Shown here in pieces: positions 28,474 through 38,756 of a DNA stretch of 51,087 nucleotides; positions within the stretch are counted from its first letter, which is position 1; each line of letters starts with the position of its first letter. Made by a program: the position numbers and the translations under genes. Source of the stretch: Candidatus Avelusimicrobium alvi (GTDB lineage Bacteria; Elusimicrobiota; Elusimicrobia; Elusimicrobiales; Elusimicrobiaceae); NCBI GenBank assembly GCA_905200775.1, contig CAJKLQ010000001.1:1-51087 (forward strand). Direction: 5' to 3'. The notes beneath the pieces were generated by a model. That model ran no database searches, was not told the DNA's origin, and saw only the letters and a program-made list of their open reading frames with translations.

Positions 28474-30267
28474 ATGTTTGTTTGCGAAGAAAAATACGAT
28501 GTCATCGTTATCGGCGGCGGCCACGCGGGCTGTGAAGCCGCGCTGGCGTCCGCCAAGCTGGGCGCCAAAACGCTGCTCATCACCCAAAGCCTGGATACGG
28601 TGGCGCAAATGTCGTGCAATCCCTCCATCGGCGGTATCGCCAAAGGGCAGATTGTGCGCGAAATTGACGCGCTGGGCGGAGCCATGGGCCGCGTAACGGA
28701 TCACGCCGCCGTGCATTACCATATGCTTAACACCGGCAAAGGCCCGGCCGTGCATTCCCCGCGCGTGCAGTGCGACAAAAAAATCTACCAGTTTACCTTT
28801 AAACATTTTCTTGAATTACAGCCCAACTTGGACGTGATGCAGGATGAAGCCGTCAAAATCTCGGTGTCGGACTGCGCCGCCGACGGCGTGCTTACGCTTC
28901 GCGGCACCTTCTACCGCGCCAAAACCGTCGTGCTGACGACGGGCACTTTCCTGGCGGGCACCATTCACATCGGCACGGATATGTTCCGCGGCGGCCGGTA
29001 TAACGATATGCCGTCTGACGCGCTGGCAAAAAACCTGCGGGACGATTTAAAGCTTCATATTCTGCGTTTTAAAACGGGCACGCCCATGCGCATTAACGCG
29101 CGGGGGCTGGATTATTCCAAATTCCGCCTCCAGCCGTCCGACAATCCGCTTCAGCCCATGTCGCACTTTACGGACGTAAAGGAACAGTCCAAACGGCGTT
29201 TTTTAAGCTGTTACATCACCCGCACCACGCTGGAAACGGATAAAATCCTGCGCGAAAATTTCCGGCGTTCGGCCATGTACAGCGGCAATATCCACAGCCT
29301 GGGGCCGCGTTATTGCCCGTCGGTGGAAGACAAAATCAAAAAATTTCCGGACGTTACCAGCCACCCGCTTTTTCTGGAGCCGGAAGGCTTTCATACCGAG
29401 GAATACTATATCCAAGGTTTCTCCACCAGCATGCCCGAAGAAGTACAGCGCGCGCTTATTAAATCCGTGCCGGGAATGGAAAACGCTTCCATCACGCGCC
29501 CGGGCTACGCCATTGAATACGATTTTTCCGACCCGCGCGATTTGTATCCGTCTTTGGAAAGCAAATTAATTCCCGGCCTGTTTATGGCGGGACAGATTAA
29601 CGGCACGACAGGCTACGAAGAAGCCGGCGGCCAGGGGTTGATTGCGGGCGTAAACGCCGCGCTCAAAACGCAGGGCAAAGAGCCTTTTGTCCTCCGCCGC
29701 GACGAAGCGTACATCGGCGTGCTGATTGATGATTTGATTAACAAAGGCGTCAATGAACCGTACCGGATGTTCACTTCCCGCGCCGAATACCGCATTTTAC
29801 TGCGTAACGACAATGCGGACCTGCGCCTTGCCCCGCACGGCTTTAAACTGGGCCTGCTGGACGAAAAATACAAAGCTCCTTTTGAAAAATACCGCGCCCT
29901 CTGCGAGCGGCTGATTGCGAGTCCGTCCGCCGCCGCGGACGAAAACGAAGCGGACCTGTTCCCGTGGACGCCGGAAAAAGCGCGTGCGCACGCGGACATT
30001 CACCACAAATACGCCGGGTATTACGAGCGCAACAAAAAAGACGCCGAAAAACTGGCGGAGCTGGACGCCGTCAAAATACCCGAAGGGTTTGACCCTTCTT
30101 CCGTGCGCGGGCTGTTGTTTGAAAGCGCGCAGAAACTGGCGGAAGTCAAGCCGCAGACGCTGGGGCAGGCGGGGCGGATTCCGGGCGTAACGCCCGCCGA
30201 CCTGCAGCTCCTGGCCGTACACATTGAACGCTTCCGGAGGCTTAAAAATGCCAAAGCGGCTCACTGA
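28474..30267 (+). CDS. mnmG: tRNA U34 carboxymethylaminomethyl modification enzyme MnmG/GidA
   Basis: GGGHAGCEAA, MSCNPSIGG, GPRYCPSVEDK, GQINGTTGYEEA, YRMFTSRAEYR. Confidence 0.98.
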   Translation: MFVCEEKYDVIVIGGGHAGCEAALASAKLGAKTLLITQSLDTVAQMSCNPSIGGIAKGQIVREIDALGGAMGRVTDHAAVHYHMLNTGKGPAVHSPRVQCDKKIYQFTFKHFLELQPNLDVMQDEAVKISVSDCAADGVLTLRGTFYRAKTVVLTTGTFLAGTIHIGTDMFRGGRYNDMPSDALAKNLRDDLKLHILRFKTGTPMRINARGLDYSKFRLQPSDNPLQPMSHFTDVKEQSKRRFLSCYITRTTLETDKILRENFRRSAMYSGNIHSLGPRYCPSVEDKIKKFPDVTSHPLFLEPEGFHTEEYYIQGFSTSMPEEVQRALIKSVPGMENASITRPGYAIEYDFSDPRDLYPSLESKLIPGLFMAGQINGTTGYEEAGGQGLIAGVNAALKTQGKEPFVLRRDEAYIGVLIDDLINKGVNEPYRMFTSRAEYRILLRNDNADLRLAPHGFKLGLLDEKYKAPFEKYRALCERLIASPSAAADENEADLFPWTPEKARAHADIHHKYAGYYERNKKDAEKLAELDAVKIPEGFDPSSVRGLLFESAQKLAEVKPQTLGQAGRIPGVTPADLQLLAVHIERFRRLKNAKAAH

Positions 30268-30898
30268 TTATGCGGCGTCTTTAAACCTGCCGCTAAGCGA
30301 ACGGCAGGCGGAAACCCTGGTTGCCTACGCTAAACTGGTGTGGGCGAAAAAAGATTTTTTAAATTTAACCAGCGCGGCCGATTTGGACGAAGTCCTCTCC
30401 CGCCATATTTGCGACGGGCTTGCGGCCGCGGCCAAACTAAACGCCCTGGCGCATGCGGCGCAGCTTGAAAAACCGCTGATTGCAGACGCCGGCGCCGGCG
30501 CGGGGTACATCGGCCTGACCGTTGCCGCCGCCCTGCCCCAGGCGCAGGTGACGCTGATTGAAAGTATTGAAAAACGCTGTTCGTTTATGAACTGGGCTAT
30601 TTTGAATGTAGGTTTAAAAAACGCCAAAGTAAAAAACGCCCGCCTCGGCCAGGGAACGGCGTTTGCGTTTGATTTTTTGACCGAACGCGCCATGGGCCAG
30701 CTGCCGGATATTTTACAGGCGTGCCTGGGGGCGGTTAAGCCGGGGGGCGTGTTTATCGCGTTCCAGGGGGAGCACCCGCAGGCGCAGGTATGCGAGCCGG
30801 AAAGATACGGCGCGGTGCTGGCGGGGGTGGAGCGGTATACCCTGCCCGCCGGAGATAATAAAAAACGTCATTTTGCGTTATTTAGGAAAAACGGGTAA
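30248..30898 (+). CDS. rsmG: 16S rRNA m7G527 methyltransferase RsmG/GidB
   Basis: NLTS, RHICDGL, DAGAGAGYIG, LIESIEKR; follows mnmG. Confidence 0.9.
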   Translation: MPKRLTDYAASLNLPLSERQAETLVAYAKLVWAKKDFLNLTSAADLDEVLSRHICDGLAAAAKLNALAHAAQLEKPLIADAGAGAGYIGLTVAAALPQAQVTLIESIEKRCSFMNWAILNVGLKNAKVKNARLGQGTAFAFDFLTERAMGQLPDILQACLGAVKPGGVFIAFQGEHPQAQVCEPERYGAVLAGVERYTLPAGDNKKRHFALFRKNG

Positions 30899-32181
30899 TG
30901 GATATTGTGAAAAAAATCACCTGTCTGCTGTGGCTGCTGGCGGCGCTTTTAATCGCTCCGCCGCTCTTGCGTTCGTTTGGTTTAAAACCCAAAGACATGG
31001 TAAAAGCGCTGTTTTCGGAAGAGGCGCGCCCTTCCGCCGTGCTCAACCGGCCAGAAGCGCCGGCGGGGGAAAGCGAACGCGGCAAAGCGCGGGAGCTGCG
31101 GCCCGATATTTCCGTCCCGCCGCCGCCCGCTTCGGAGAGTGCGGTGGAGTATTCGCCCGAAGAAGAAAAAAGTTTTAATGAAATGATTTCCGGCCTGGAG
31201 CATGTGGCGCTTGTCGCCCCGAAGGATGATTTGGAATCCCTGCCCTCGCAGGTATACCGCCCGGCGGATTCGGCCCAAAAAGTGCGCTGGCTGCCCCCGC
31301 CGCCCGGCTTTTTAACGGCGGATACGTTTAATTACCTGATTTACCGCGAAAAAAACCCCGTTACGGAAAACATTAAAACGGTGCTGGACACTATCCACGG
31401 CAACCTGATGCTGGATTTAACGCCGTTTACCATTGTAATTAAACCCAATAAAATCCTGGTTATGCTCTTTGGCGAGAAAGACAGTTATATGAAATTTACC
31501 AAACGCCCCGCGTGGTCGGGCGCGTCGTCCGATTTGCGGGCCGATACCATGTACGTTATTGAGGGCCAGAGTTTTTATCCGCTTTCCGTGCACGAGCTGA
31601 CGCATTTGTATTTTGACGGCTACTTCCTGCCCACCATTTCGCCTTTGTGGCTTTCGGAGGGGATGGCGGTGTATATGCAAATCCACGCCACCAAACAAAA
31701 GCCCAGCTGGGTGGACCGCAGCCTGCGCCGGATTTTAAAGGGGGATTATATTTCGTTTGACGAAATGACCGTTACCGAAGATTTAAGCAATTACGATACG
31801 TCCCAGGCCGAGCTGTGGTACACTCAGGCTTACAGCGTGGTGGATTATCTGCTCAACACCCGCCCGCGCGACGAGTTTTATAAACTCTGCAACGAAATCA
31901 AAGCCAAAACGCCGCTTTACCAGGCGCTTTACCGCGCGTACGGTATGCCGTTTAACAAAGTAAGCGTATTGGAAAACGTCTGGCTGCACGATTTGCAAAA
32001 AGCGTACCGGGACGGTAAAATTCTCCAAACGCCTCCGGCGGCCAAGCCCGCCCCGCGCCCCGCTTCGGCCGCGCCGGCGATGGTGCCCGCTCCGCGCCCG
32101 ACTAAAAAACCCGCGCCGCAGCAAACGAAAATCAATAAACTCAAACTGGTTCCCACCAACAGTTACAGGGGAGGTTTTTAA
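30898..32181 (+). CDS. Membrane-anchored clan MA (gluzincin-type) peptidase-like protein
   Basis: N-terminal TM; HELTH...PLWLSEGMA. Confidence 0.8.
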   Translation: MDIVKKITCLLWLLAALLIAPPLLRSFGLKPKDMVKALFSEEARPSAVLNRPEAPAGESERGKARELRPDISVPPPPASESAVEYSPEEEKSFNEMISGLEHVALVAPKDDLESLPSQVYRPADSAQKVRWLPPPPGFLTADTFNYLIYREKNPVTENIKTVLDTIHGNLMLDLTPFTIVIKPNKILVMLFGEKDSYMKFTKRPAWSGASSDLRADTMYVIEGQSFYPLSVHELTHLYFDGYFLPTISPLWLSEGMAVYMQIHATKQKPSWVDRSLRRILKGDYISFDEMTVTEDLSNYDTSQAELWYTQAYSVVDYLLNTRPRDEFYKLCNEIKAKTPLYQALYRAYGMPFNKVSVLENVWLHDLQKAYRDGKILQTPPAAKPAPRPASAAPAMVPAPRPTKKPAPQQTKINKLKLVPTNSYRGGF

Positions 32182-32183
32182 TA

Positions 32184-33074
32184 ATGTCCCAAGAGTGGAC
32201 CCATATCCCGATTATGGCCCGGGAAATAGCCGATATCCTGTTAACCAACCCCGAAGGCGTGTATGTGGACGGCACGCTGGGGCTGGGCGGACACGCCAAA
32301 TACTTTTTAAGCCGCCTGGGCCCCGGGGCGCGCATACTGGGGTTTGATAAAGACGAAGAAGCCCTGAAAATGGCCGAGGAGCGCGTGAACGACCCGCGGC
32401 TGAGCGTTTTTCACGCGAGCTATACCGAAGCCCCGGTGCGGCTGGCTGAACTTAACTTGCCCGGCGCGGACGGAGCGTTATTTGATCTGGGGCTCAGCTC
32501 CTACCAGCTGGATAACCCGCAGCGCGGGTTTAGTATAATGAATAACGGCCCGCTGGATATGCGTTTTGACCGCCAAAACCCGCTTAGCGCGGCGGTGATT
32601 GTAAACACCTGGCCGATGGCGGAGCTGGAACGGATTTTAAAAGAGTACGGCGAGGAACGCAATTTCACCAAAATCGCGCTGGCCATTATGCAGGCCCGCC
32701 GCCAGGGGCCGATAGAAACCACCGGCAAATTAAAAGAAATTATTGAAGGCGTTTACGGCAAAAGAGGGGGGAAAACGCACCCCGCCACGCAAACGTTCCA
32801 GGCGCTTCGCATCGCGTGCAACCGGGAACTGGAAACGGTGGAAAACGTCCTTTCCTCACTGGGAGACATTGTAAAACCGGGCGGCCGCGCCGCCGTGCTG
32901 ACGTTCCATTCGCTGGAAGACCGGCTGGTAAAAAACCGCTTTAAAGAACTGGCCAAAACCGGCGGGTGGCTGCTGGTCAACAAGCACGCGCTTGCGCCGC
33001 AGTACGAAGAAGTGCGCGAAAACCGCCGGGCGCGCAGCGCGAAACTGCGCGTAATTGAACGGGTGAAATTATGA
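32184..33074 (+). CDS. rsmH: 16S rRNA m4C1402 methyltransferase RsmH/MraW
   Basis: DGTLGLGGHA, DLGLSSYQLD, GPLDMR, FHSLEDR, RARSAKLR. Confidence 0.97.
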   Translation: MSQEWTHIPIMAREIADILLTNPEGVYVDGTLGLGGHAKYFLSRLGPGARILGFDKDEEALKMAEERVNDPRLSVFHASYTEAPVRLAELNLPGADGALFDLGLSSYQLDNPQRGFSIMNNGPLDMRFDRQNPLSAAVIVNTWPMAELERILKEYGEERNFTKIALAIMQARRQGPIETTGKLKEIIEGVYGKRGGKTHPATQTFQALRIACNRELETVENVLSSLGDIVKPGGRAAVLTFHSLEDRLVKNRFKELAKTGGWLLVNKHALAPQYEEVRENRRARSAKLRVIERVKL

Positions 33075-33328
33075 GAGTATTCGTCGTTTTATTTCTCTTG
33101 TGTCTTTTCGGGTTCGGCGTGGCGGTGATGCGCATTGAAATCAACCGCTCGGGCCGCACCATCAGCCAGCTGCAAAACGAAGTGGAAATCAAAGAAGCGC
33201 GCAACCAGTATTTACAGCTGGAAATTTCCCGCCTTTCCAGCCCGGAAAACATCACCCGGCTGGCGCGGGAGAAACTGGGCCTCGTGCCCGCCAAGCCGCA
33301 CGAAATTATTGTTTTGGACGATAAATAA
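33071..33328 (+). CDS. ftsL: Cell division protein FtsL
   Basis: TM + coiled coil + LSSPENITRLAREKLGL; between rsmH and ftsI. Confidence 0.85.
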   Translation: MRVFVVLFLLCLFGFGVAVMRIEINRSGRTISQLQNEVEIKEARNQYLQLEISRLSSPENITRLAREKLGLVPAKPHEIIVLDDK

Positions 33329-33330
33329 CT

Positions 33331-35028
33331 ATGCTCAGAAAACCCGCCGCCTCCCCTGTTGTGTTCAACGTCAAAAGCCGTATGCGCGCGGCGGGGATGG
33401 TTATTTTGCTGGCGCCGCTGTGTATTTTTCTGCGTCTGTTTTATATGCAGACCTTTCTGTACGAAGAATTTTCCTCCAAGGCCGAGCGCGCCATTTACAA
33501 CTACCTGGCCGAAGACCGCTTAAGGGGCAAAATTTTGGACGTCAACGGGCGCGAACTGGCGGAATCGGTCCGCACGCATTCCTGCGGCGTAAACAAGCGT
33601 TACGTAAAAGACAAAAACAAAACCGTGGCGTTTTTGTCCGAAACGCTGGGCCTGCCGAAAAAACGCATTTTGGAAAAATGGAACCGCTCTTCCAACTTTT
33701 TCTTCGTGGCTAAAAAAATCAAGCCGGACAATTATATTAAAATTTCCGAAGTCCTCCGCACGCAGCTGGGCCAGGGCCTGGAACTGACGCCCGAGTACGA
33801 GCGCATCCACCCCTACGGGCAGAGCGCGCTGGATTTAATCGGCGCGGCCAATTCCAAAAACCTGGGGCTTTCGGGCATTGAACAGATGTTTAACCGCGAG
33901 CTCAGCCAGGACATCAGCAAAAAACGCGCCAAACGCGCGCGCCGCGGCGAAATTATTTACGACCGTAAACTCAAAGAAGAACTGTCGGTGGCTAACGTCT
34001 ATTTGACGATAGACTCCGTGGCCCAGTTCTACGCCGAAGCGGCGTTAAAAAAAGCGGTGGAAGACGTGGGCGCGGAACACGGCGTGGCCCTGGTACAGGA
34101 GCCTGCCACGGGCAAAATTCTGGCGGCGGCTTCCTACCCGGTAAAAGACGGGCAGTCGCTCGCGTTTCAGTTCACGTACGAGCCGGGCTCCACTTTTAAA
34201 ACGGTAGCCATTTCGTCGGCCCTGGACGCGGGCGTGGTGAGCGTAACGGACAGCATTGATATGGACGGGCGCAACTGGGAAATCGCGCGCGGTGTGGTGG
34301 TGCGGGACCGCCAGCATAATAAAGATTTTCTTTCCATTCCCGAAATTATGCAGCTTTCCTCCAACATCGGCGCGGGTAAAATCGCGCTTGAACTGGGGGC
34401 CAAAAACCTGTTTTACTATATCAAAGCGTTTGGGTTCGGCACCAAGACGGACATCAATTTTAACGGCGAATCCAGGGGAAACGTGCCCCCGTACAACAAA
34501 TGGACCAAAGTGGATACCGCCACCAAAGGCTACGGCTACGGCGTGGCCGTTACGCCGGTGCAGCTGATTAACGCCTATTCGGCCATCGCCAACGGCGGCA
34601 CGCTGATGCAGCCGCATATTATTGACCGCATTGAATACGCCGGCGGCCGGGTGGAGAAAAAATCCAAACCCGTCAAAATCCGCCGGGTGCTGCGCCAGGA
34701 AACCACCGATACGATGAAGAAAGTCCTGCAAAGCGTGGTGGAAACCGGTTCCGGCAGGCGCGCGCAGATAAAAGGCTACAATGTGGCCGGGAAAACGGGT
34801 ACCGCTGAAAAGCTCAGCAAAGAAGGCGGCTACGCCAAGCGCAGCCACATCGTGTCGTTCTGCGGGTTTCTCCCCGCGTCCGACCCGCAGTTTACGGTGC
34901 TGGTTATTTTGGATAATCCGACGAAATATACTTTCGGCGGTACGGCGGCGGCCCCAGTGTTTAAAGAAATTGCCGAGCGTCTGCTTGCCATGAAAGGCGT
35001 CCGGCCCGACCAGCTGGATTTTGAATAA
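33331..35028 (+). CDS. ftsI: Class B penicillin-binding protein (FtsI/PBP3)
   Basis: RGKILD, EPGSTFK (SxxK), SSN, KTGT. Confidence 0.92.
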   Translation: MLRKPAASPVVFNVKSRMRAAGMVILLAPLCIFLRLFYMQTFLYEEFSSKAERAIYNYLAEDRLRGKILDVNGRELAESVRTHSCGVNKRYVKDKNKTVAFLSETLGLPKKRILEKWNRSSNFFFVAKKIKPDNYIKISEVLRTQLGQGLELTPEYERIHPYGQSALDLIGAANSKNLGLSGIEQMFNRELSQDISKKRAKRARRGEIIYDRKLKEELSVANVYLTIDSVAQFYAEAALKKAVEDVGAEHGVALVQEPATGKILAAASYPVKDGQSLAFQFTYEPGSTFKTVAISSALDAGVVSVTDSIDMDGRNWEIARGVVVRDRQHNKDFLSIPEIMQLSSNIGAGKIALELGAKNLFYYIKAFGFGTKTDINFNGESRGNVPPYNKWTKVDTATKGYGYGVAVTPVQLINAYSAIANGGTLMQPHIIDRIEYAGGRVEKKSKPVKIRRVLRQETTDTMKKVLQSVVETGSGRRAQIKGYNVAGKTGTAEKLSKEGGYAKRSHIVSFCGFLPASDPQFTVLVILDNPTKYTFGGTAAAPVFKEIAERLLAMKGVRPDQLDFE

Positions 35029-35081
35029 CGCCGCCGGACTTATGCCGGACGGCCCAATTTTGATTTATCTAAGGAGCAATT

Positions 35082-36425
35082 ATGAAGCTTAACCTAACCC
35101 TCAGCAAAATAGCGGAAATTACCGGCGCGGAGCTGGTTTCTTCCGCGCCCGACACCAAAGTAACCGCTTTTGTAACGGATTCGCGCGTCATCCGCCCCGG
35201 CGACGCGTTCATCGCGCTTAAAGGCAAAAACCACGACGCCAGACGCTTTATCCCCGAAGTGCTTGAAAAAGGAGCCGCCGTGGTGCTGGCCGAAAAAGGA
35301 TTTGAGCTTCCCGCCGGCTCCCGGGCTTCGTTTCTGTTGGTGGAAGATTCCTTAAAAGCCCTTCAGGAACTGGCGAAATACCACCGCGTAAACAGCACCT
35401 TAAAGGTGGCCGCCGTTACCGGTTCCAACGGCAAAAGCACCACCAAACAAATGCTGCGCGCCATTTGCGAAACCGCCGGCGAAACCGCCGCCAACACGGG
35501 CAATTTCAACAACCAGTTCGGCGTGCCGTTTTCGCTCCTGGAAATTCAGCCCAAGCATAAATTCGGCGTGTTTGAGCTCGGCGCTTCCCACCCCGGCGAC
35601 ATTGAAGAAACCGCCCGCCTGGCGGTGCCGGACGTGGCGGTGATTACCAACGTTTCCGCCGCGCATTTGGAATTTTTCCACGATTTGGAAACCGTTTATA
35701 AGACCAAAACCGAAATCGCCAAATGCCTCAATTTCGGCGGTACGCTGGTGTATAACGCCGACGATGCGATGCTCTCGCGCTTAAAAACCGAATTTAAAGG
35801 CAAAAGCATTTCCTTCGGGTTTAACCCGGGCGCGGACCTGCGGATTTTGGAAACGGAAAAGTTTTCTTTCACCTATAAAGGCGAAGCGTATGTGCTGGAT
35901 TTAAAGCTGGAACGCCACGACAAACTAAACGCCGCCGCCGCTTCCGCCGCCGCGATTGCGCTGGGGCTGTATATGGATAATGTAAAAAAGGGTCTTTTGG
36001 CCTTTACGCCCATGCCCATGCGTATGGAACGGCTGCATAAAAACGGCGTGGAATTTATTTTGGATTGTTACAACGCCAACCCGGCCAGCATGCAAAACGC
36101 GCTGGAAATCCTGGGGCGCGAAATATCCCGCCCGCGCGTGGCGGTGCTGGGGGATATGAAAGAACTGGGGGAAACCTCCAAAGAATATCACCGCCTGGCC
36201 GCGCGACACGTGCTGGACAACGGGGTGGAATACGCGTTTTTGGCGGGGCCGGAAATGAAGTACGCCTACGAGAAACTAAAAGACGCGCCCGGCGTAAAAG
36301 CGTTTTACGCCCCCACGCCGCAGGGCTGGACGCGGGATCTTGCCGCCGTGCTTAAAAAGGGCGGCGCGTGCCTGGTGAAAGCCTCGCGCTCCATGAATTT
36401 TGAAAATATCCTGAAGGAGATTTAA
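35082..36425 (+). CDS. murF: UDP-MurNAc-tripeptide--D-Ala-D-Ala ligase
   Basis: TGSNGKSTTK, NFNNQFGVP, DCYNANPASM, LGDMKELG, KASR. Confidence 0.96.
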   Translation: MKLNLTLSKIAEITGAELVSSAPDTKVTAFVTDSRVIRPGDAFIALKGKNHDARRFIPEVLEKGAAVVLAEKGFELPAGSRASFLLVEDSLKALQELAKYHRVNSTLKVAAVTGSNGKSTTKQMLRAICETAGETAANTGNFNNQFGVPFSLLEIQPKHKFGVFELGASHPGDIEETARLAVPDVAVITNVSAAHLEFFHDLETVYKTKTEIAKCLNFGGTLVYNADDAMLSRLKTEFKGKSISFGFNPGADLRILETEKFSFTYKGEAYVLDLKLERHDKLNAAAASAAAIALGLYMDNVKKGLLAFTPMPMRMERLHKNGVEFILDCYNANPASMQNALEILGREISRPRVAVLGDMKELGETSKEYHRLAARHVLDNGVEYAFLAGPEMKYAYEKLKDAPGVKAFYAPTPQGWTRDLAAVLKKGGACLVKASRSMNFENILKEI

Positions 36426-36430
36426 ACCGC

Positions 36431-37516
36431 ATGTTATATTACCTCTCGCTGTTTACGGATGATCTGAGTTTCTTAAACATTTTCAGCTATATTACGTTCC
36501 GCACCGGCGCGGCGATTTTTACGTCTTTTCTGCTGACGGTTCTCATCGGCCCCAAAGTGGTGGCCAAGCTGCGCTCGTTTAAAATCCAGCAGATTGAACG
36601 CGAATACGGCCCCGCGTCCCACCTGTCCAAAAGCGGCACGCCGACTATGGGCGGCCTGCTGATTTTCGTCAGCCTCGTCGTCAGCGTGCTTTTATGGGCG
36701 CGGCTGGACAGCAGTTATATTTGGCTGCTCATTTTCACCACCGTTACGCTGGGCGTTGCGGGCGTGATGGACGATTACACCAAGCTCGTTAAAAAGAACC
36801 CAGAGGGGATGAAGTCCTCCATCAAGCTGGCCATCCAGCTGTTTACCGCGCTTATCGTGGTGGGTTATTTGGCGTTAAACCCGCCCAACGGCGAGTACGC
36901 CACCTCGCTCATTATTCCCTATATGAGCAAAATGTTTATTGACCTCTCTGTTTTCTACTTTGCTTTTGGCATGCTGGTGATTGTGGGCGCGTCCAACGCC
37001 ACGAACCTGACGGACGGCCTGGACGGCCTGGCAAGCGGGTGCATGGTGTTTACGGCGGCCACATATGCGATTTTTGCGTACCTGGCGGGGAACGTCAATT
37101 TCGCCGATTATTTAAAAATTATCTACGTGCCGGGCGCGGGGGAAATTACGGTGTTTATGGGCGCGCTGATTGGCGCGTGTTTGGGCTTTTTGTGGTTTAA
37201 CGCCTATCCCGCCCAGGTGTTTATGGGCGACACCAGCTCGCTCTTTTTGGGCGGCGTAATCGGCACGGCGGCGCTGTGCGTCAAGCAGGAACTGTTACTG
37301 CCGATTGCCGGCGGTATTTTTGTGCTGGAAACCCTTTCCGTGATGCTTCAAATGGGATACTTTAAACTGACGCACGGCAAGCGATTATTTAAAATGGCCC
37401 CGATACACCACCATTTTGAACTGATGGGCGTGCCGGAGCCGAAAGTGATTGTGCGGTTTTGGATTATGGGCGCGATGCTGATGCTCCTTGCGCTGGCGTC
37501 CTTAAAAATCAGATAA
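36431..37516 (+). CDS. mraY: Phospho-MurNAc-pentapeptide transferase
   Basis: GTPTMGG, DDYTK, NLTDGLDGL, FMGDT, MAPIHHHFE. Confidence 0.98.
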   Translation: MLYYLSLFTDDLSFLNIFSYITFRTGAAIFTSFLLTVLIGPKVVAKLRSFKIQQIEREYGPASHLSKSGTPTMGGLLIFVSLVVSVLLWARLDSSYIWLLIFTTVTLGVAGVMDDYTKLVKKNPEGMKSSIKLAIQLFTALIVVGYLALNPPNGEYATSLIIPYMSKMFIDLSVFYFAFGMLVIVGASNATNLTDGLDGLASGCMVFTAATYAIFAYLAGNVNFADYLKIIYVPGAGEITVFMGALIGACLGFLWFNAYPAQVFMGDTSSLFLGGVIGTAALCVKQELLLPIAGGIFVLETLSVMLQMGYFKLTHGKRLFKMAPIHHHFELMGVPEPKVIVRFWIMGAMLMLLALASLKIR

Positions 37517-37519
37517 ACT

Positions 37520-38752
37520 ATGGTGCGTTTGTTTAACAAAGCGCCCAAGCGGCGCAATAATTTCATTAAGAAGTCTCCGGCCCTGTATAAGGACCGCGGG
37601 GCCTCTTTTTCCGCCGCCAAAAAAGGCGAATGGCAGCCTTACAGGCTGGACAAACGCCTGGCGTTTATTGCGTTTGCGTTTGTGCTGTTCGGGCTGATTT
37701 TTACGTATTCTTCCAGCGCGTTTGATTCCATGATGTATTTTAAGCGCCAGCTGGTGTTTGACGCGATGGGCGTGCTGGCGGCGCTGTTTCTGTCGCAGAC
37801 GTACGACAAACTGCAAAAACTTAAAATCTTCCGCCCGATGAACCTGATGTACGTAACCTGGACGCTTCTGGTAATAGTGCTGTTTACCCGCACGCAGGCC
37901 AACGTACACCGCTGGATTGACTTCGGCTTTTTTAAATTACAGCCTTCCGAAATCGCCAAAGTTACGCTGGTGATTTACGTGGCCGATTATCTGGACAATG
38001 TTTCCGGGCGGCTGGCTAAAAATTGGAAGCTTTTGCTTAAACCCATGGCCGTGGCCGGGGTGACGCTGGCGCTTATTCTGGCGGAAAAGGACATCGGCAC
38101 CCCCACCTTAATGGGCGCGGTGTTTGTATTTATGCTGTTGGTGGCCGGGGCGCGGATAAAGCATTTGGCTCTGCCGGCTTTGGCGGTTTCCCCGCTGATT
38201 ATCCACCAGCTGTTTTTCGTCGGCTACCGGCGCGAGCGTATTTTCTCGTTTCTGGACCCTTTCGCCACGGCGGGCGGCACCGGGTATCAGCTGGTGCAGT
38301 CGTTTTTGGCCGTGGGGTCCGGGGGGTGGTTCGGCAAGGGACTGGGAAACAGCGAGTTAAAGCTGGAATACCTTCCCGCCGCACACACGGATTTTATTTT
38401 CTCCATTATGTGCGAAGAAGTGGGCCTCCTGGGCGGCGTGGTGATTCTGGGCTTTTTCTGCTGGCTGCTCGTCCGCGGCGTAAGCCTGGCGCGCGTGGCC
38501 AAAACCCACTTTCACAGCCTGGTGATTTTCGGGCTTACGATTACCATTTGTATGCAGGCGTTTTTTAATATGGCGATGGCCATCGGCCTCCTGCCCACCA
38601 AAGGAATCGCGCTGCCGTTCTTTTCGTACGGCGGCTCGTCGGTCATTATGACGCTGGTCATGATGGGCATTATTTTAAATATGGCGGCGGTGGACAACAC
38701 CCAAAACAACCTGCGCGAAGACATTACCAATTACAAAAACAGGAATAAATAA
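37520..38752 (+). CDS. ftsW: SEDS peptidoglycan polymerase FtsW
   Basis: RWI, QPSEIAK, YLPAAHTDFIFS, PTKGIALPFFSYGGSS. Confidence 0.94.
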   Translation: MVRLFNKAPKRRNNFIKKSPALYKDRGASFSAAKKGEWQPYRLDKRLAFIAFAFVLFGLIFTYSSSAFDSMMYFKRQLVFDAMGVLAALFLSQTYDKLQKLKIFRPMNLMYVTWTLLVIVLFTRTQANVHRWIDFGFFKLQPSEIAKVTLVIYVADYLDNVSGRLAKNWKLLLKPMAVAGVTLALILAEKDIGTPTLMGAVFVFMLLVAGARIKHLALPALAVSPLIIHQLFFVGYRRERIFSFLDPFATAGGTGYQLVQSFLAVGSGGWFGKGLGNSELKLEYLPAAHTDFIFSIMCEEVGLLGGVVILGFFCWLLVRGVSLARVAKTHFHSLVIFGLTITICMQAFFNMAMAIGLLPTKGIALPFFSYGGSSVIMTLVMMGIILNMAAVDNTQNNLREDITNYKNRNK

Positions 38753-38756
38753 CCGT